DNA of 64,000 nucleotides from Clostridium sp. CAG:609 (GCA_000438075.1 FR903548.1:48570-112569); one strand, 5' to 3'; numbered from the stretch's first letter, positions 47,773 through 57,601 are shown. Made by a program: numbers and translations. Notes: generated by a model from the letters alone, not told the origin.

Positions 47773-48324
47773 ATGATAGTGTTGAAAAAATTATTAGGTG
47801 TTATAGCATTAAGTATGGTATTATTATTACCTGTAAAAGCTGGTGCTGCTACAATTAATCCAAAATGTGAAAAGAGCTGCCCAACTGAAAATGGTAAATG
47901 TACATCAGTATGTACAATATCAGTTGCTGGTAATACAGGTTCATTAACTGAATTTAAAGCAACATTAGACATAGTTGGTGATGGTGTAACAGTTACTAAA
48001 ATAACTCCAGGTACTGGATGGACTAATTTAACTGCATCAACTACAGGAAAAAGTATTCCATTAGATTTTCTTGCTTCAACTGCTGTTACAACATCTGACT
48101 TCGTACTTGCAACAATTAATCTAGAACTTGAAAGTTCAGCAACTAATTGTAGTTTGAAACTTTCAAACCCATCAGTAGGTACTGAAGTTACTACAGTAAT
48201 TGAAACCACTACAGAAACTAAAACTGGAGCAACATTACCACTTGCAATCATTGCTTGCGGTGCAGTTGTAGCAGTAGTTATCTATGGTGCAACAAAGAAA
48301 AACAAAAAAATGTATAAAATATAA
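47773..48324 (+). CDS. Secreted cell-wall-sorted protein candidate (sortase substrate)
   Basis: Signal peptide (...LLLPVKAGAA). C-terminal tripartite signal: ETKTG, a hydrophobic stretch ATLPLAIIACGAVVAVVIYGA, then TKKNKK. The start may be GTG 47779, which has better SD spacing. It is divergent from the sortase gene. Confidence 0.6.
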   Translation: MIVLKKLLGVIALSMVLLLPVKAGAATINPKCEKSCPTENGKCTSVCTISVAGNTGSLTEFKATLDIVGDGVTVTKITPGTGWTNLTASTTGKSIPLDFLASTAVTTSDFVLATINLELESSATNCSLKLSNPSVGTEVTTVIETTTETKTGATLPLAIIACGAVVAVVIYGATKKNKKMYKI

Positions 48325-48334
48325 CAAAGTTTTT

Positions 48335-48364
48335 AACAGTCTTGGAAACAAGATTGTTTTTTTA
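48335..48364 (+). terminator. Rho-independent terminator
   Basis: AACAGTCTTG-gaaa-CAAGATTGTT (one G-U pair) followed by a T-run. Confidence 0.55.
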
Positions 48365-48474
48365 TTGATAAAATAGGATGGAAAACCAAGTAAATTAAGT
48401 ATATACCTTTATATAAGAAATATTGCCAAAAATTAAAAAGTAACAAAAATATAACATAATTGTAATAAATATGT

Positions 48475-48502
48475 TTGAAATATAACTTTTTTGTGGTAAA
48501 AT
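48475..48502 (+). promoter_or_regulatory. Candidate promoter of lysS
   Basis: TTGAAA (48475-48480), 16-nt spacer, (TGg)TAAAAT (48497-48502). Confidence 0.4.
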
Positions 48503-48529
48503 AAATAACAAAGAAATGGGTGATTAAAT

Positions 48530-50014
48530 ATGAACGAATACACAGAACAAGAATTAGTAAGAAGAGAAAAAGCGGAAAAAATCCGTGAAATGGGAATAGA
48601 TCCTTTCGGACATCGTTTTGAAAGAAATGCTTATTCAAAAGACATAAAAGATAAATATGAAAGTATTCCCCATGATGAATTTGAAAATATGGATGATACT
48701 GCTACAATTGCAGGACGTATAATGTTTATCAGAAAAATGGGAAAAGCATCATTTTTTACTATTCAAGATAAACTTGGAAGTATTCAAGTATATATATCTA
48801 TAAATGATGTCGGAGAAGAAACATATAACTTATTTAAATCAGCTGATTTAGGAGATATTGTTGGTGTTTATGGAAAAATTATGAAAACTAGAACAGGTGA
48901 AGTAACGATTAAATGTTTAGAATATACACATTTAGTTAAAGCTCTAAAACCTCTTCCAGAAAAATTTCATGGACTAACTGATACTGAAGAAAGATACCGT
49001 CGTAGATATGTAGATTTAATTATGAATGAAGATGCCAGAAAAGTAGCATTTACAAGACCTAAAATAATTAGATGTATTCAAAACTACATGGATGGTTTAG
49101 GATTCACTGAAGTTGAAACTCCAGTTTTAACAACACTATTAACAGGTGCTAGTGCTAGACCATTTATAACACATCACAATACTCAAGATATTGATATGTA
49201 TTTACGTATTGCCCTAGAACTTCCTTTAAAAAGACTTTTAGTAGGAGGAATGGAAGCAGTATATGAAATAGGTAGAGTATTTAGAAACGAAGGAATGGAT
49301 CCAAAACATAATCCAGAATTCACATTAATGGAAGCTTATCTTGCATATAGTGACCTTGAAGGTATGATGGATATGACTGAAAAAATGTTTACAACTATTG
49401 GTGAAAAAGTAATGGGCAAGACAATATACAATTGGGGCGGAAATGAAATAAATATAGCTGGTCCATGGAAAAGAATTTCAATGTGCGATGCAATCAAAGA
49501 AGTAACAGGAATTGATTTTTCTAAAGAAATGACTCTAGATGAAGCACTAGAACTTGCAGCATCACACAAAATTGAAGTTGAAGAACATGAAAAGAGTTTT
49601 GGGCATATAGTTAATTTATTCTTTGAAAAATATGTAGAAGAAACATTAATTCAACCAACATTCCTATATGGACATCCAGTTGAAATTTCACCACTTACAA
49701 AGAAAAATCCAAAAGATCCAAGATTCGTAGACCGTTTTGAACTATTCATTGGTGGTAAAGAATTTGCAAATGCGTATACAGAACTAAATGACCCAATTGA
49801 TCAATTAGAAAGGTTTAAAGATCAAATAAAAGAAAGAGATTTAGGAAATGAAGAAGCTAACGATATCGATATGGATTTCGTAGAAGCACTAGAATATGGA
49901 ATGCCACCAGCAGGTGGAATCGGATACGGAATAGATAGACTTGTAATGTTCTTTACTGAACAAGAAACTATTCGTGAAGTAATTTTATTTCCAACAATGA
50001 AACCAAGAGATTAG
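48530..50014 (+). CDS. lysS: Lysine--tRNA ligase (class II)
   Basis: OB anticodon-binding domain (IAGRIM.IR.MGKASF..IQD) and class II motifs (FRNEG, ...GGIGYGIDRLVM). Confidence 0.95.
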   Translation: MNEYTEQELVRREKAEKIREMGIDPFGHRFERNAYSKDIKDKYESIPHDEFENMDDTATIAGRIMFIRKMGKASFFTIQDKLGSIQVYISINDVGEETYNLFKSADLGDIVGVYGKIMKTRTGEVTIKCLEYTHLVKALKPLPEKFHGLTDTEERYRRRYVDLIMNEDARKVAFTRPKIIRCIQNYMDGLGFTEVETPVLTTLLTGASARPFITHHNTQDIDMYLRIALELPLKRLLVGGMEAVYEIGRVFRNEGMDPKHNPEFTLMEAYLAYSDLEGMMDMTEKMFTTIGEKVMGKTIYNWGGNEINIAGPWKRISMCDAIKEVTGIDFSKEMTLDEALELAASHKIEVEEHEKSFGHIVNLFFEKYVEETLIQPTFLYGHPVEISPLTKKNPKDPRFVDRFELFIGGKEFANAYTELNDPIDQLERFKDQIKERDLGNEEANDIDMDFVEALEYGMPPAGGIGYGIDRLVMFFTEQETIREVILFPTMKPRD

Positions 50015-50017
50015 AGA

Positions 50018-50046
50018 TTGACATATCTCTTTTCTTTTGCTAAAAT
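50018..50046 (+). promoter_or_regulatory. Consensus-like sigma-A promoter of the 50072 gene
   Basis: TTGACA (50018-50023), 17-nt spacer, TAAAAT (50041-50046). The ORF-track TTG start is this -35 box. Confidence 0.5.
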
Positions 50047-50071
50047 AATCAGTAAATCGGGGGGGATAACG

Positions 50072-50980
50072 ATGATTGAATTAATAACTGCTTTAGAAAA
50101 AATATCAGAAAGAATTTATGAAGAATATCAAAAACTATATGATTTAGAGAACAAAGGACTTAATAAATTAAGTATACTCGACCAAGAAAGAATTATTGAA
50201 ACATTAAAAAAGTTAAAATCTATCGAAGATGATATTATTGAAAAATTAAAAGAAAGAAAAGAACTTAAGAAAGCATCAGCTTATTTAAAAAATAAATATG
50301 ATAAAGATAGTGATAGTATTTATATTGATATAACTCAAGATAAAAGTGGTTTATTAACACATCGTGTCTACAACAGAATCATTTATGAATTGGTAAAAGA
50401 AGAATCTAAATCTGACTATCATGTATTAAATAGTGACATCGTCGAAGAATTTATTACCAGTGATTATTTACTTTTATCAATGACTATATTAGAAAAAACA
50501 TTACCTAATTGTTACAAAAGTGAAATATACAAAATAAAATATAAGTTAAGCTTAACAATTCCAGATTTAGAAACAACTCTAATAAATACACAATTTAAAA
50601 CATCTAAGCATCCTTATGTTACTCATAAATTGTTAATCACAAATGAACTAAGTAAAAAATTTGTAACAACATACGTCGAAGAAAGATTAATGACAGACAT
50701 AAACGTAAGACTTAATTTACTTGCAACATTAAATGTTGAATATATTGAATCAAATGATGAAGTTTTTGCAGCAGTTATCTATTTATTATCAACAATCAGA
50801 GCAGCACTTTTATTAATGGATGAACTTGATTTAGATGATTTTAATAAATCAGTATACATAATGATAAAAAAAATAGCTAATAATTTTATTAAAGAATATA
50901 ACCGAAGAATTCTTTATAATTTTGCTGAAGATATGCAAAATGACAAAAGTATACCTCAAATACTTAAATTATTTAAATAA
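50072..50980 (+). CDS. Hypothetical helical protein
   Basis: The start is ATG 50072, 6 nt after a G7 SD-like tract. No motif was recognised. Confidence 0.45.
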   Translation: MIELITALEKISERIYEEYQKLYDLENKGLNKLSILDQERIIETLKKLKSIEDDIIEKLKERKELKKASAYLKNKYDKDSDSIYIDITQDKSGLLTHRVYNRIIYELVKEESKSDYHVLNSDIVEEFITSDYLLLSMTILEKTLPNCYKSEIYKIKYKLSLTIPDLETTLINTQFKTSKHPYVTHKLLITNELSKKFVTTYVEERLMTDINVRLNLLATLNVEYIESNDEVFAAVIYLLSTIRAALLLMDELDLDDFNKSVYIMIKKIANNFIKEYNRRILYNFAEDMQNDKSIPQILKLFK

Positions 50981-51053
50981 ATTACAAAAAAAGGTGCAAA
51001 AAACCTTTTTTTTCTTTGGTTTGGGTGTTATAATTTTGATAAGGAGGTAGAGA

Positions 51054-52655
51054 ATGAAAAAGATATTTGAAAAACATGGTGTGTTAAGATGTGTCGCTGC
51101 ATTTATGGACATTGTTGCACTTATATTATTTATAGTAGCAGCTTTCGTAGATGGAGAAACTGCAGACATGGTATTAAAATTTATTGGTATATTATTATAC
51201 ACAATTGGAAGTATGATGTTAGTATTTACTGGCAAAGATCATTACTTATCTAAAAGTATTTTAGTTTTTGTATCATCTGCATTAATCTTATCATGGCTAT
51301 ATCCAAGCGGAGTGTTCCAAGGTACTGATTTCTCAGTTCAAGATTTTTCTCGTATAGGTTTGGCAGACATGGGATTTGTATTATATTATGCTCTTCAAAG
51401 TATAATGGATAAAATAATCTTCCTAGTAGTTGTTGCTGGATTCTATGGAGTATTATCTAAAGTTAGTGGATATCAAAAACTTGTTGGAAAATTAGCTGAT
51501 AAATGTAGTAATCATCCAATCGTTACATCTGTTGTAACTTCAGTAATATTATTCTTACTAACAACACTATTTACTCAAAGTTTTGCAATGATTATATTCC
51601 TTCCATTCTTAATTAGTGTTTTAACTAAAATGGGTATGGATAAATTAACATCATTTGTAATTACATTTGGTTCTGTTTTAGTAGGTATTCTAGGATGTAC
51701 ATATGGTACTGACAGTTTAACAATCTTTAATAAATATATGGGTCAAGAAACTACATATGCTATTAATTATCGTTATATTATTGCTGCAGTTAGTATTGTT
51801 TTATATAATTTCTTTATAGTTATGCGTGTTCGTAAGATAAGCAAAGATATGAAGAAAAATGCTAAAGCAAACAACGTATTAGATGATCCATTTAAAGTTG
51901 AAAAACTAAGTGGTAAAGAAAAAACATCATTAGTACCTGCAATTATAGTATTAGCTATAACAGTTATTATTGTTGTTTTAGGATACATCAACTGGAACGG
52001 ATATTTCAAAATTGAAATATTTGACAAATTCCATGAATGGCTAATTGGTCTTGAAGCTGGTGAAGATTTCACTATATTCAGTTACATCTTAGGTAATAAT
52101 GCTAATGCTCTAGGTTCATTCAAATACACATTTAGTATAAGTATGTTATTGATAATTGCTAGTGTAGTTATTGCATTCTTATATAAGATGAAGACTAATG
52201 AATACATTGAAAGTTTCTATGAAGGAACAAAGAATATGTTTAAACCAATGCTTCTTTTATTAGCTGCAGGTATGTTATTTGGTATTGCTAATTTATGTTT
52301 AGCACCATTATCAATCTGTAATTGGTTAATAAATCTAACAAAAGGATTTAATCCATATTTAACTTCAGTAGTTGCATTTATTACATCATTATTCCAAACT
52401 GACTTAGGTTATGTTGCTTACACATGTGGAAGCTTCTTTACTCAAGCTTTCTCTGGTAATGTTGAAATAATTCATACTATATTTACTTCAATGTACGGTC
52501 TTGTTCAAGTATTCATGCCAACAAGTGCAATTCTTATCGTTGGTTTATCAATGATGAAGATAGAATACAAAGACTGGGTTAAATATATCTGGTTATTTGC
52601 ATTGGGTATGTTAGTAATACTACTTGTTCTATTTACAGTAGTAACTTACATCTAA
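51054..52655 (+). CDS. Polytopic membrane transporter-like protein (possibly YfcC/DcuC-type)
   Basis: 533 aa with at least 10 hydrophobic segments. The family assignment is only a guess from size and topology. Confidence 0.4.
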   Translation: MKKIFEKHGVLRCVAAFMDIVALILFIVAAFVDGETADMVLKFIGILLYTIGSMMLVFTGKDHYLSKSILVFVSSALILSWLYPSGVFQGTDFSVQDFSRIGLADMGFVLYYALQSIMDKIIFLVVVAGFYGVLSKVSGYQKLVGKLADKCSNHPIVTSVVTSVILFLLTTLFTQSFAMIIFLPFLISVLTKMGMDKLTSFVITFGSVLVGILGCTYGTDSLTIFNKYMGQETTYAINYRYIIAAVSIVLYNFFIVMRVRKISKDMKKNAKANNVLDDPFKVEKLSGKEKTSLVPAIIVLAITVIIVVLGYINWNGYFKIEIFDKFHEWLIGLEAGEDFTIFSYILGNNANALGSFKYTFSISMLLIIASVVIAFLYKMKTNEYIESFYEGTKNMFKPMLLLLAAGMLFGIANLCLAPLSICNWLINLTKGFNPYLTSVVAFITSLFQTDLGYVAYTCGSFFTQAFSGNVEIIHTIFTSMYGLVQVFMPTSAILIVGLSMMKIEYKDWVKYIWLFALGMLVILLVLFTVVTYI

Positions 52656-52684
52656 AGAGTTCATTAATTTGAACTCTTTTTTTA
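52656..52684 (+). terminator. Rho-independent terminator
   Basis: AGAGTTCA-ttaatt-TGAACTCT followed by T7. Confidence 0.65.
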
Positions 52685-52748
52685 TACATTTTTTGACTTT
52701 TACTTTTATTTTTGATAAAATGAATTTAACAAAAACGGAGAATAATAA

Positions 52749-53411
52749 ATGGAAAATAACAGAAAAATAAAAACAATTATAACTAGAATTAATCATATCT
52801 GTGATATTGAAAATAAATCATTATCTAAATCTTTAGAAAAATATAATCTTACTCCAGAAAAGTATCTTAAACTAATCGGGTTAACAATTGATATTGATGA
52901 AGATTCAAAAACATTTATTAATAAATTAATGAGTGATTTAACAACTCGTCTATATTTTAATCCAAACATGGAATCTTTAGAAAATGATTCAATTGAAATA
53001 AGTTCTAAAACAAATAACCAAAGTATTATTTTTACAAATAATGAATTAAGAATATATGAAGAAAAAGTAAGTGAAGATGATACACTTTATTATGAAGAAA
53101 TTAGTGTAAAAATTATATCAAAAGATACTAACACAAGTTATACATTAAATAAAGTTATAGAAAAAAAGGAATTAGAAACAAGAATTATAAGTAAAAAATA
53201 TTATATTAAACATATGCATATCAAAGTAGCATTTAAAATAAATGGTTGCTCAAATGCTTTTGAATTTACAATTAATAATGATATGCTTGCAAGTGACTTA
53301 GATTATGCACTTAGATTATTAAATAATCAAAAAATAAAAGAAGCTTATATTATATTTAAAAAATATCCAAGTGATATTAAAATTATTGATGAATCACATA
53401 ATCTTGTATAA
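52749..53411 (+). CDS. Hypothetical protein
   Basis: 220-aa ORF. No motif was recognised. Confidence 0.4.
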   Translation: MENNRKIKTIITRINHICDIENKSLSKSLEKYNLTPEKYLKLIGLTIDIDEDSKTFINKLMSDLTTRLYFNPNMESLENDSIEISSKTNNQSIIFTNNELRIYEEKVSEDDTLYYEEISVKIISKDTNTSYTLNKVIEKKELETRIISKKYYIKHMHIKVAFKINGCSNAFEFTINNDMLASDLDYALRLLNNQKIKEAYIIFKKYPSDIKIIDESHNLV

Positions 53412-53461
53412 ATATAAGCAAATTTTTCCATAACATACATAGAATTAAAAAGGAGGATTCT

Positions 53462-55555
53462 ATGTATAACAATTATAGTTTCGAAGTAACAAAGATATTT
53501 AAAAATGCAGAAATCATCATGCTAGAGTTAAATCATGCCTATGTTGGAACAGAACATCTACTATTAAGTATGCTTAAAGTAAGTGATTCTATAAATAAAC
53601 TGATGACTAAATATGGTTTAACATATGATGATTTTTTAAGTGAATTAAATGAAATCGTAGGTAAAACAAAAAATAATCCTGGTATAGTAATTTATACTCC
53701 TTTATTAAAAAGAGTAATTAAAAATGCACAAGATTTAGCTAAGAAAAATAAAGTAACAGCAACAGATTTATTAATATCTTTACTTGAAGAAGGCGAAGGT
53801 ATAGCAATAAGAATTATGCTTGGTATGCATCTTGATTTAGATTCATTATATGATGAATTAAAGAAAAGTGGTAAAAAGAATAAGAAAAATTTAGAAATTT
53901 ATAAAATTGGTAAAGACTTAAATAGTGAAGTAAATAGTGACTTAGTAATAGGTCGTGATAAAGAAATAAATGAAATAATTGAAACACTTTTAAGAAAAAA
54001 TAAAAATAATCCATTATTAATTGGAGATGCTGGTGTTGGTAAAAGTGCAATCATCGAAGAACTTGCAAGAAGAATAAATAGTGATAATGTTCCCGAAAAA
54101 TTAAAAAATAAAAGGATAGTAACTCTTGAAATGTCTAGTTTAGTAGCGGGTACAAAATACCGCGGAGAGTTCGAAGAAAAATTAAATAAAGTAATTAAAG
54201 AACTTGAAGATAATCCGGAAATAATTTTATTTATTGATGAAATTCATACAATATCAAATGCTGGCGGAGCAGAAGGAGCTATAAATGCATCAGATATATT
54301 AAAACCTTATTTAGCACGTGGCAAAATTAAAATCATCGGAGCAACTACAACTAGTGAATATAACAAATTCATTTCTAAAGATAAAGCTCTAAGAAGAAGA
54401 TTTGAATTAATAAAAATAAATGAACCTAAAAAAGATGAAACTGAAGAAATTCTATCTAAAATAAGACCATCTTTTGAACATCATTACAATATCAAAATAA
54501 CTAAAGAAAACATCAAAGAAATCGTAGATTTAACAGATAAATATATCTTAGATAGGTTTAATCCAGATAAATCAATTGATTTACTTGATAGTATCTGTGC
54601 TATGAAAGAAGTAGAATTTGGTAAAGAAAAATTAATCAAAGATTTAAAAGAAAAGTTATTGCAATTAAAAACTAAAAAAGAAGAAATGGTTAAGAAAAAT
54701 AATTTTAAAGAAGCACTAACATATCGAACTAGAGAAATAGAATTAGAAAACAAAATTGAAAACTATAAAAATAAACCAAATATTATAACTAGTAAAGATA
54801 TTAAAAATGTTTTACTTAGAAAAGAAAATATACCAAATCTATCAATCAATTGGAGTAACCTTGAAGATTATCTTCATAATGAAATAATTGGTCAAGATAA
54901 ACAAATAACAAAAATAGTTAATGCTCTAAAAAATAAAGATGAAGACTTACCAGTATCAATTCTTTTAAGTGGACCAACCGGAGTGGGTAAAACAGAAACA
55001 GTTAAAAAAGTGAGTAAATATTTAAAAATTCCTTTAGTTAGATTAGATCTAAGTGAATATAGTGAAAATATTTCCATAAGTAGATTAATCGGAGCATCCG
55101 CAGGTTATGTAGGTTATGATGATGATAATATTTTTGATAGAATAAAGATGCATCCATGTTCAATTATTTTACTAGATGAATTAGAAAAAGCTCATCCATC
55201 TGTTATTAATTTATTTTTGCAAATTCTAGATGAAGGCTACATAACTAATTCAAAAGGAGAAAAAATAGATTTCAAACATACATATATATTTATGACATCA
55301 AATGCAATGTTAAATACTAAAATTGGTTTTATTAAAAATACTGGTAATCTTCAAAATACTTTTAGTAAAGAATTCTTAGGTAGAATATCTTGTGAAGTAT
55401 ATTATAATGAAGTAACTTTAGATATGTTAAAAACTTATCTTGATAAAAAAGGTATAAAAGATGATACCATATTAACTTCATTTGATTATAAGAATAAAGG
55501 CTTCCGTGGTTTAAATAAATATATTAAAAATAAAGAAAAGAGTAAACAACTATAA
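53462..55555 (+). CDS. clpC: Clp/Hsp100 family AAA+ ATPase (compact ClpC-like)
   Basis: Clp N-repeat (YVGTEHLLLSML), D1 Walker A GDAGVGKSA and Walker B ILFIDEIHT, D2 Walker A GPTGVGKTE and Walker B IILLDELEKAH. Confidence 0.85.
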   Translation: MYNNYSFEVTKIFKNAEIIMLELNHAYVGTEHLLLSMLKVSDSINKLMTKYGLTYDDFLSELNEIVGKTKNNPGIVIYTPLLKRVIKNAQDLAKKNKVTATDLLISLLEEGEGIAIRIMLGMHLDLDSLYDELKKSGKKNKKNLEIYKIGKDLNSEVNSDLVIGRDKEINEIIETLLRKNKNNPLLIGDAGVGKSAIIEELARRINSDNVPEKLKNKRIVTLEMSSLVAGTKYRGEFEEKLNKVIKELEDNPEIILFIDEIHTISNAGGAEGAINASDILKPYLARGKIKIIGATTTSEYNKFISKDKALRRRFELIKINEPKKDETEEILSKIRPSFEHHYNIKITKENIKEIVDLTDKYILDRFNPDKSIDLLDSICAMKEVEFGKEKLIKDLKEKLLQLKTKKEEMVKKNNFKEALTYRTREIELENKIENYKNKPNIITSKDIKNVLLRKENIPNLSINWSNLEDYLHNEIIGQDKQITKIVNALKNKDEDLPVSILLSGPTGVGKTETVKKVSKYLKIPLVRLDLSEYSENISISRLIGASAGYVGYDDDNIFDRIKMHPCSIILLDELEKAHPSVINLFLQILDEGYITNSKGEKIDFKHTYIFMTSNAMLNTKIGFIKNTGNLQNTFSKEFLGRISCEVYYNEVTLDMLKTYLDKKGIKDDTILTSFDYKNKGFRGLNKYIKNKEKSKQL

Positions 55556-55576
55556 TTTCAAAAATAGTTGTTTTTT
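55547..55576 (+). terminator. Rho-independent terminator of the clpC-like gene
   Basis: CAACTAT-10 nt-ATAGTTG followed by T6. Confidence 0.6.
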
Positions 55577-55580
55577 ATAA

Positions 55581-56969
55581 TCTCAAAATAGATATTACTG
55601 TAATTTATTTAATGAATTAATCAAAGAAGATGATTATAATAAAAATAAAACAATAAAATATAACTATGATAATGAAGGTAATATATTAACCAAAGAAACA
55701 TATGAATTAAAAACAGGTAACTTATTAAATAAAGATACATATGAATATAATAATCAATCATGGACTGATCAATTAACTAAGTATAATAATGATGATATTA
55801 CATATGATGAAATAGGTAATCCTTTAACTATCGGAGAAAATATATTAACTTGGCAAAATGGAAAAGAATTAAAATCGTTTAATAATATAACTTATACATA
55901 TAATAAAGATGGTATCAGAGTAAGTAAAAAAGTAAATGATATAACAACTAACTATATTTTAGAAAATTCAAATATTTTATTTGAAAAAACAGGTAATGAT
56001 GTGATATACTATTTACGAGATAGTAATAGTAAATTAATTGGTTTAGAACTTAATGGTACAACATATTATTATCTTAAAAACCTTCAAGGGGATATCGTAG
56101 GAATCATTGACGCAGAAAATAATCTAATAGCTAGTTACACTTATGATTCATGGGGTAATATCATAAGTATTAAAGATAGCAATGGATTAGATATTACTGA
56201 AGAAAATCACATAGCATTAAAGAACCCATTTAGATATCGTTCATATTATTATGATTCAGATACAAAATTATATTATCTAAATTCAAGATATTATAATCCA
56301 AAATGGGGAAGATTTATTAATGCAGATGGAATTATTAATGCAGAATGTAGAATGAATGGTTATAATTTATACACATATGTATTAAATAATCCGGTTAAAT
56401 ATGCTGATAAATCAGGAAAACTAGCTATAGGAATTGGAGCTGCAATAGCCTCTGCAAGCGGAGAAGAGTTAATAAAAGCAGCATTAATTGTAGCAATTAG
56501 TTTAGCTTCAGGAATGACAGTTAAAGAAGCAATAAAAAGTATTTCAATGGTTACAACATCAAATGGTGGAAGAAAAAACAAAAAAGATGATGATGACGAC
56601 GACAAAGTGCAAAACTGTGCAGTTTATGCTCTGTACGATACAAAAACAGATACAGCTGTATATGTAGGAAGAACTAATAATTTGGAGAGAAGAAAAAAAG
56701 AACATCAAAAAAATGTACATAGGCAAAAATATGAGATGAGATTGTTAGAAGGTAATCTAACATATGAAGAATCAAGAGATAAAGAACAACATTATATTGA
56801 AATATTTAGAACTTTAAACTCAGGAATAGAAGGATGTAATAAAAGAAACGGAATAAGAAAAGGTACACCAAGGTATTCAGAATATTTATATAGAGAAGCA
56901 GGAATTTTCAGTGACGAGACACTAGTGGCACCAAGAGAATGTTTAGGAGATAATATATGGGAAAGATAA
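55581..56969 (+). CDS. 5'-truncated (orphan) Rhs/YD-repeat C-terminal cassette with GIY-YIG nuclease toxin domain
   Basis: The frame is open from 55581, immediately after the clpC terminator, but the first in-frame start is GTG 56001. YD repeats are present (YDNEGNIL, YDEIGNPL, YNKDGIRV, YDSWGNII). The core end is RYYNPKWGRFINADG...NLYTYVLNNPVKYADKSGK. Then comes VYALYD-8-VYVGRTNNLERRKKEH (GIY-YIG). Confidence 0.75.
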   Translation, partial: SQNRYYCNLFNELIKEDDYNKNKTIKYNYDNEGNILTKETYELKTGNLLNKDTYEYNNQSWTDQLTKYNNDDITYDEIGNPLTIGENILTWQNGKELKSFNNITYTYNKDGIRVSKKVNDITTNYILENSNILFEKTGNDVIYYLRDSNSKLIGLELNGTTYYYLKNLQGDIVGIIDAENNLIASYTYDSWGNIISIKDSNGLDITEENHIALKNPFRYRSYYYDSDTKLYYLNSRYYNPKWGRFINADGIINAECRMNGYNLYTYVLNNPVKYADKSGKLAIGIGAAIASASGEELIKAALIVAISLASGMTVKEAIKSISMVTTSNGGRKNKKDDDDDDKVQNCAVYALYDTKTDTAVYVGRTNNLERRKKEHQKNVHRQKYEMRLLEGNLTYEESRDKEQHYIEIFRTLNSGIEGCNKRNGIRKGTPRYSEYLYREAGIFSDETLVAPRECLGDNIWER

Positions 56970-57571
56970 AAGATTTAAAAAATGGCGAAGCAATAGCAAT
57001 AAAAATAAAGAAAGGAAAATATAAAAATAAGTATTTAATATTAATATGTTGCAAAGAAAGTCCTGAAGAAGAAAGAGATTTTTACTTCAGAGCTAAATTA
57101 AGTAAAAAGTTACCAACTACAACTGAAGAAATAAACAAATTACCATACATAAAAGTAAGAGCAATGCATTATATTGAAAGATATCTACCAAGAATGGGAC
57201 GGGAAACTTATGAAGAACTAGTTGAAAGAAAAAAACATTATGTATATTATCCAGATGAATATAATTACTTATATGTTTATTACTTCACATTGCTATTTGA
57301 AAAAGGGGATAACTTAGATGACATAATTTATTTGAATATTTATAATGTTGAAAGACCAACGGATGAATATGTAAATGACAGTAAATCCCATTATAGAGAA
57401 ATAATATTATTTAATAGACTAGAAGAAGATTTAATTGAATATTATGAAAATTATAACTTAAAGAAAGCTCATAGGTACACTAAAGAAGGACAACAAAGAT
57501 GTGAACAAAATGCTAAAGCAATTATAGAAGTATTAAAAAAATATGACTTACTGCAGAAACATAAAAAATAA
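56957..57571 (+). CDS. Putative cognate immunity protein (copy A)
   Basis: The start overlaps the toxin stop. It is 204 aa, cytoplasmic, and belongs to no recognised family. The call rests on its position immediately after a polymorphic-toxin C-terminus. Confidence 0.5.
   Translation: MGKIKDLKNGEAIAIKIKKGKYKNKYLILICCKESPEEERDFYFRAKLSKKLPTTTEEINKLPYIKVRAMHYIERYLPRMGRETYEELVERKKHYVYYPDEYNYLYVYYFTLLFEKGDNLDDIIYLNIYNVERPTDEYVNDSKSHYREIILFNRLEEDLIEYYENYNLKKAHRYTKEGQQRCEQNAKAIIEVLKKYDLLQKHKK
56969..57546 (+). repeat. Direct repeat copy A (~0.58 kb, immunity-gene body)
   Basis: It aligns by eye base-for-base with 58181-58759, with scattered substitutions and no indels noticed. Confidence 0.8.
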
Positions 57572-57601
57572 ATAGAACGAATCATGATTCTCAAAATAAT
57601 C

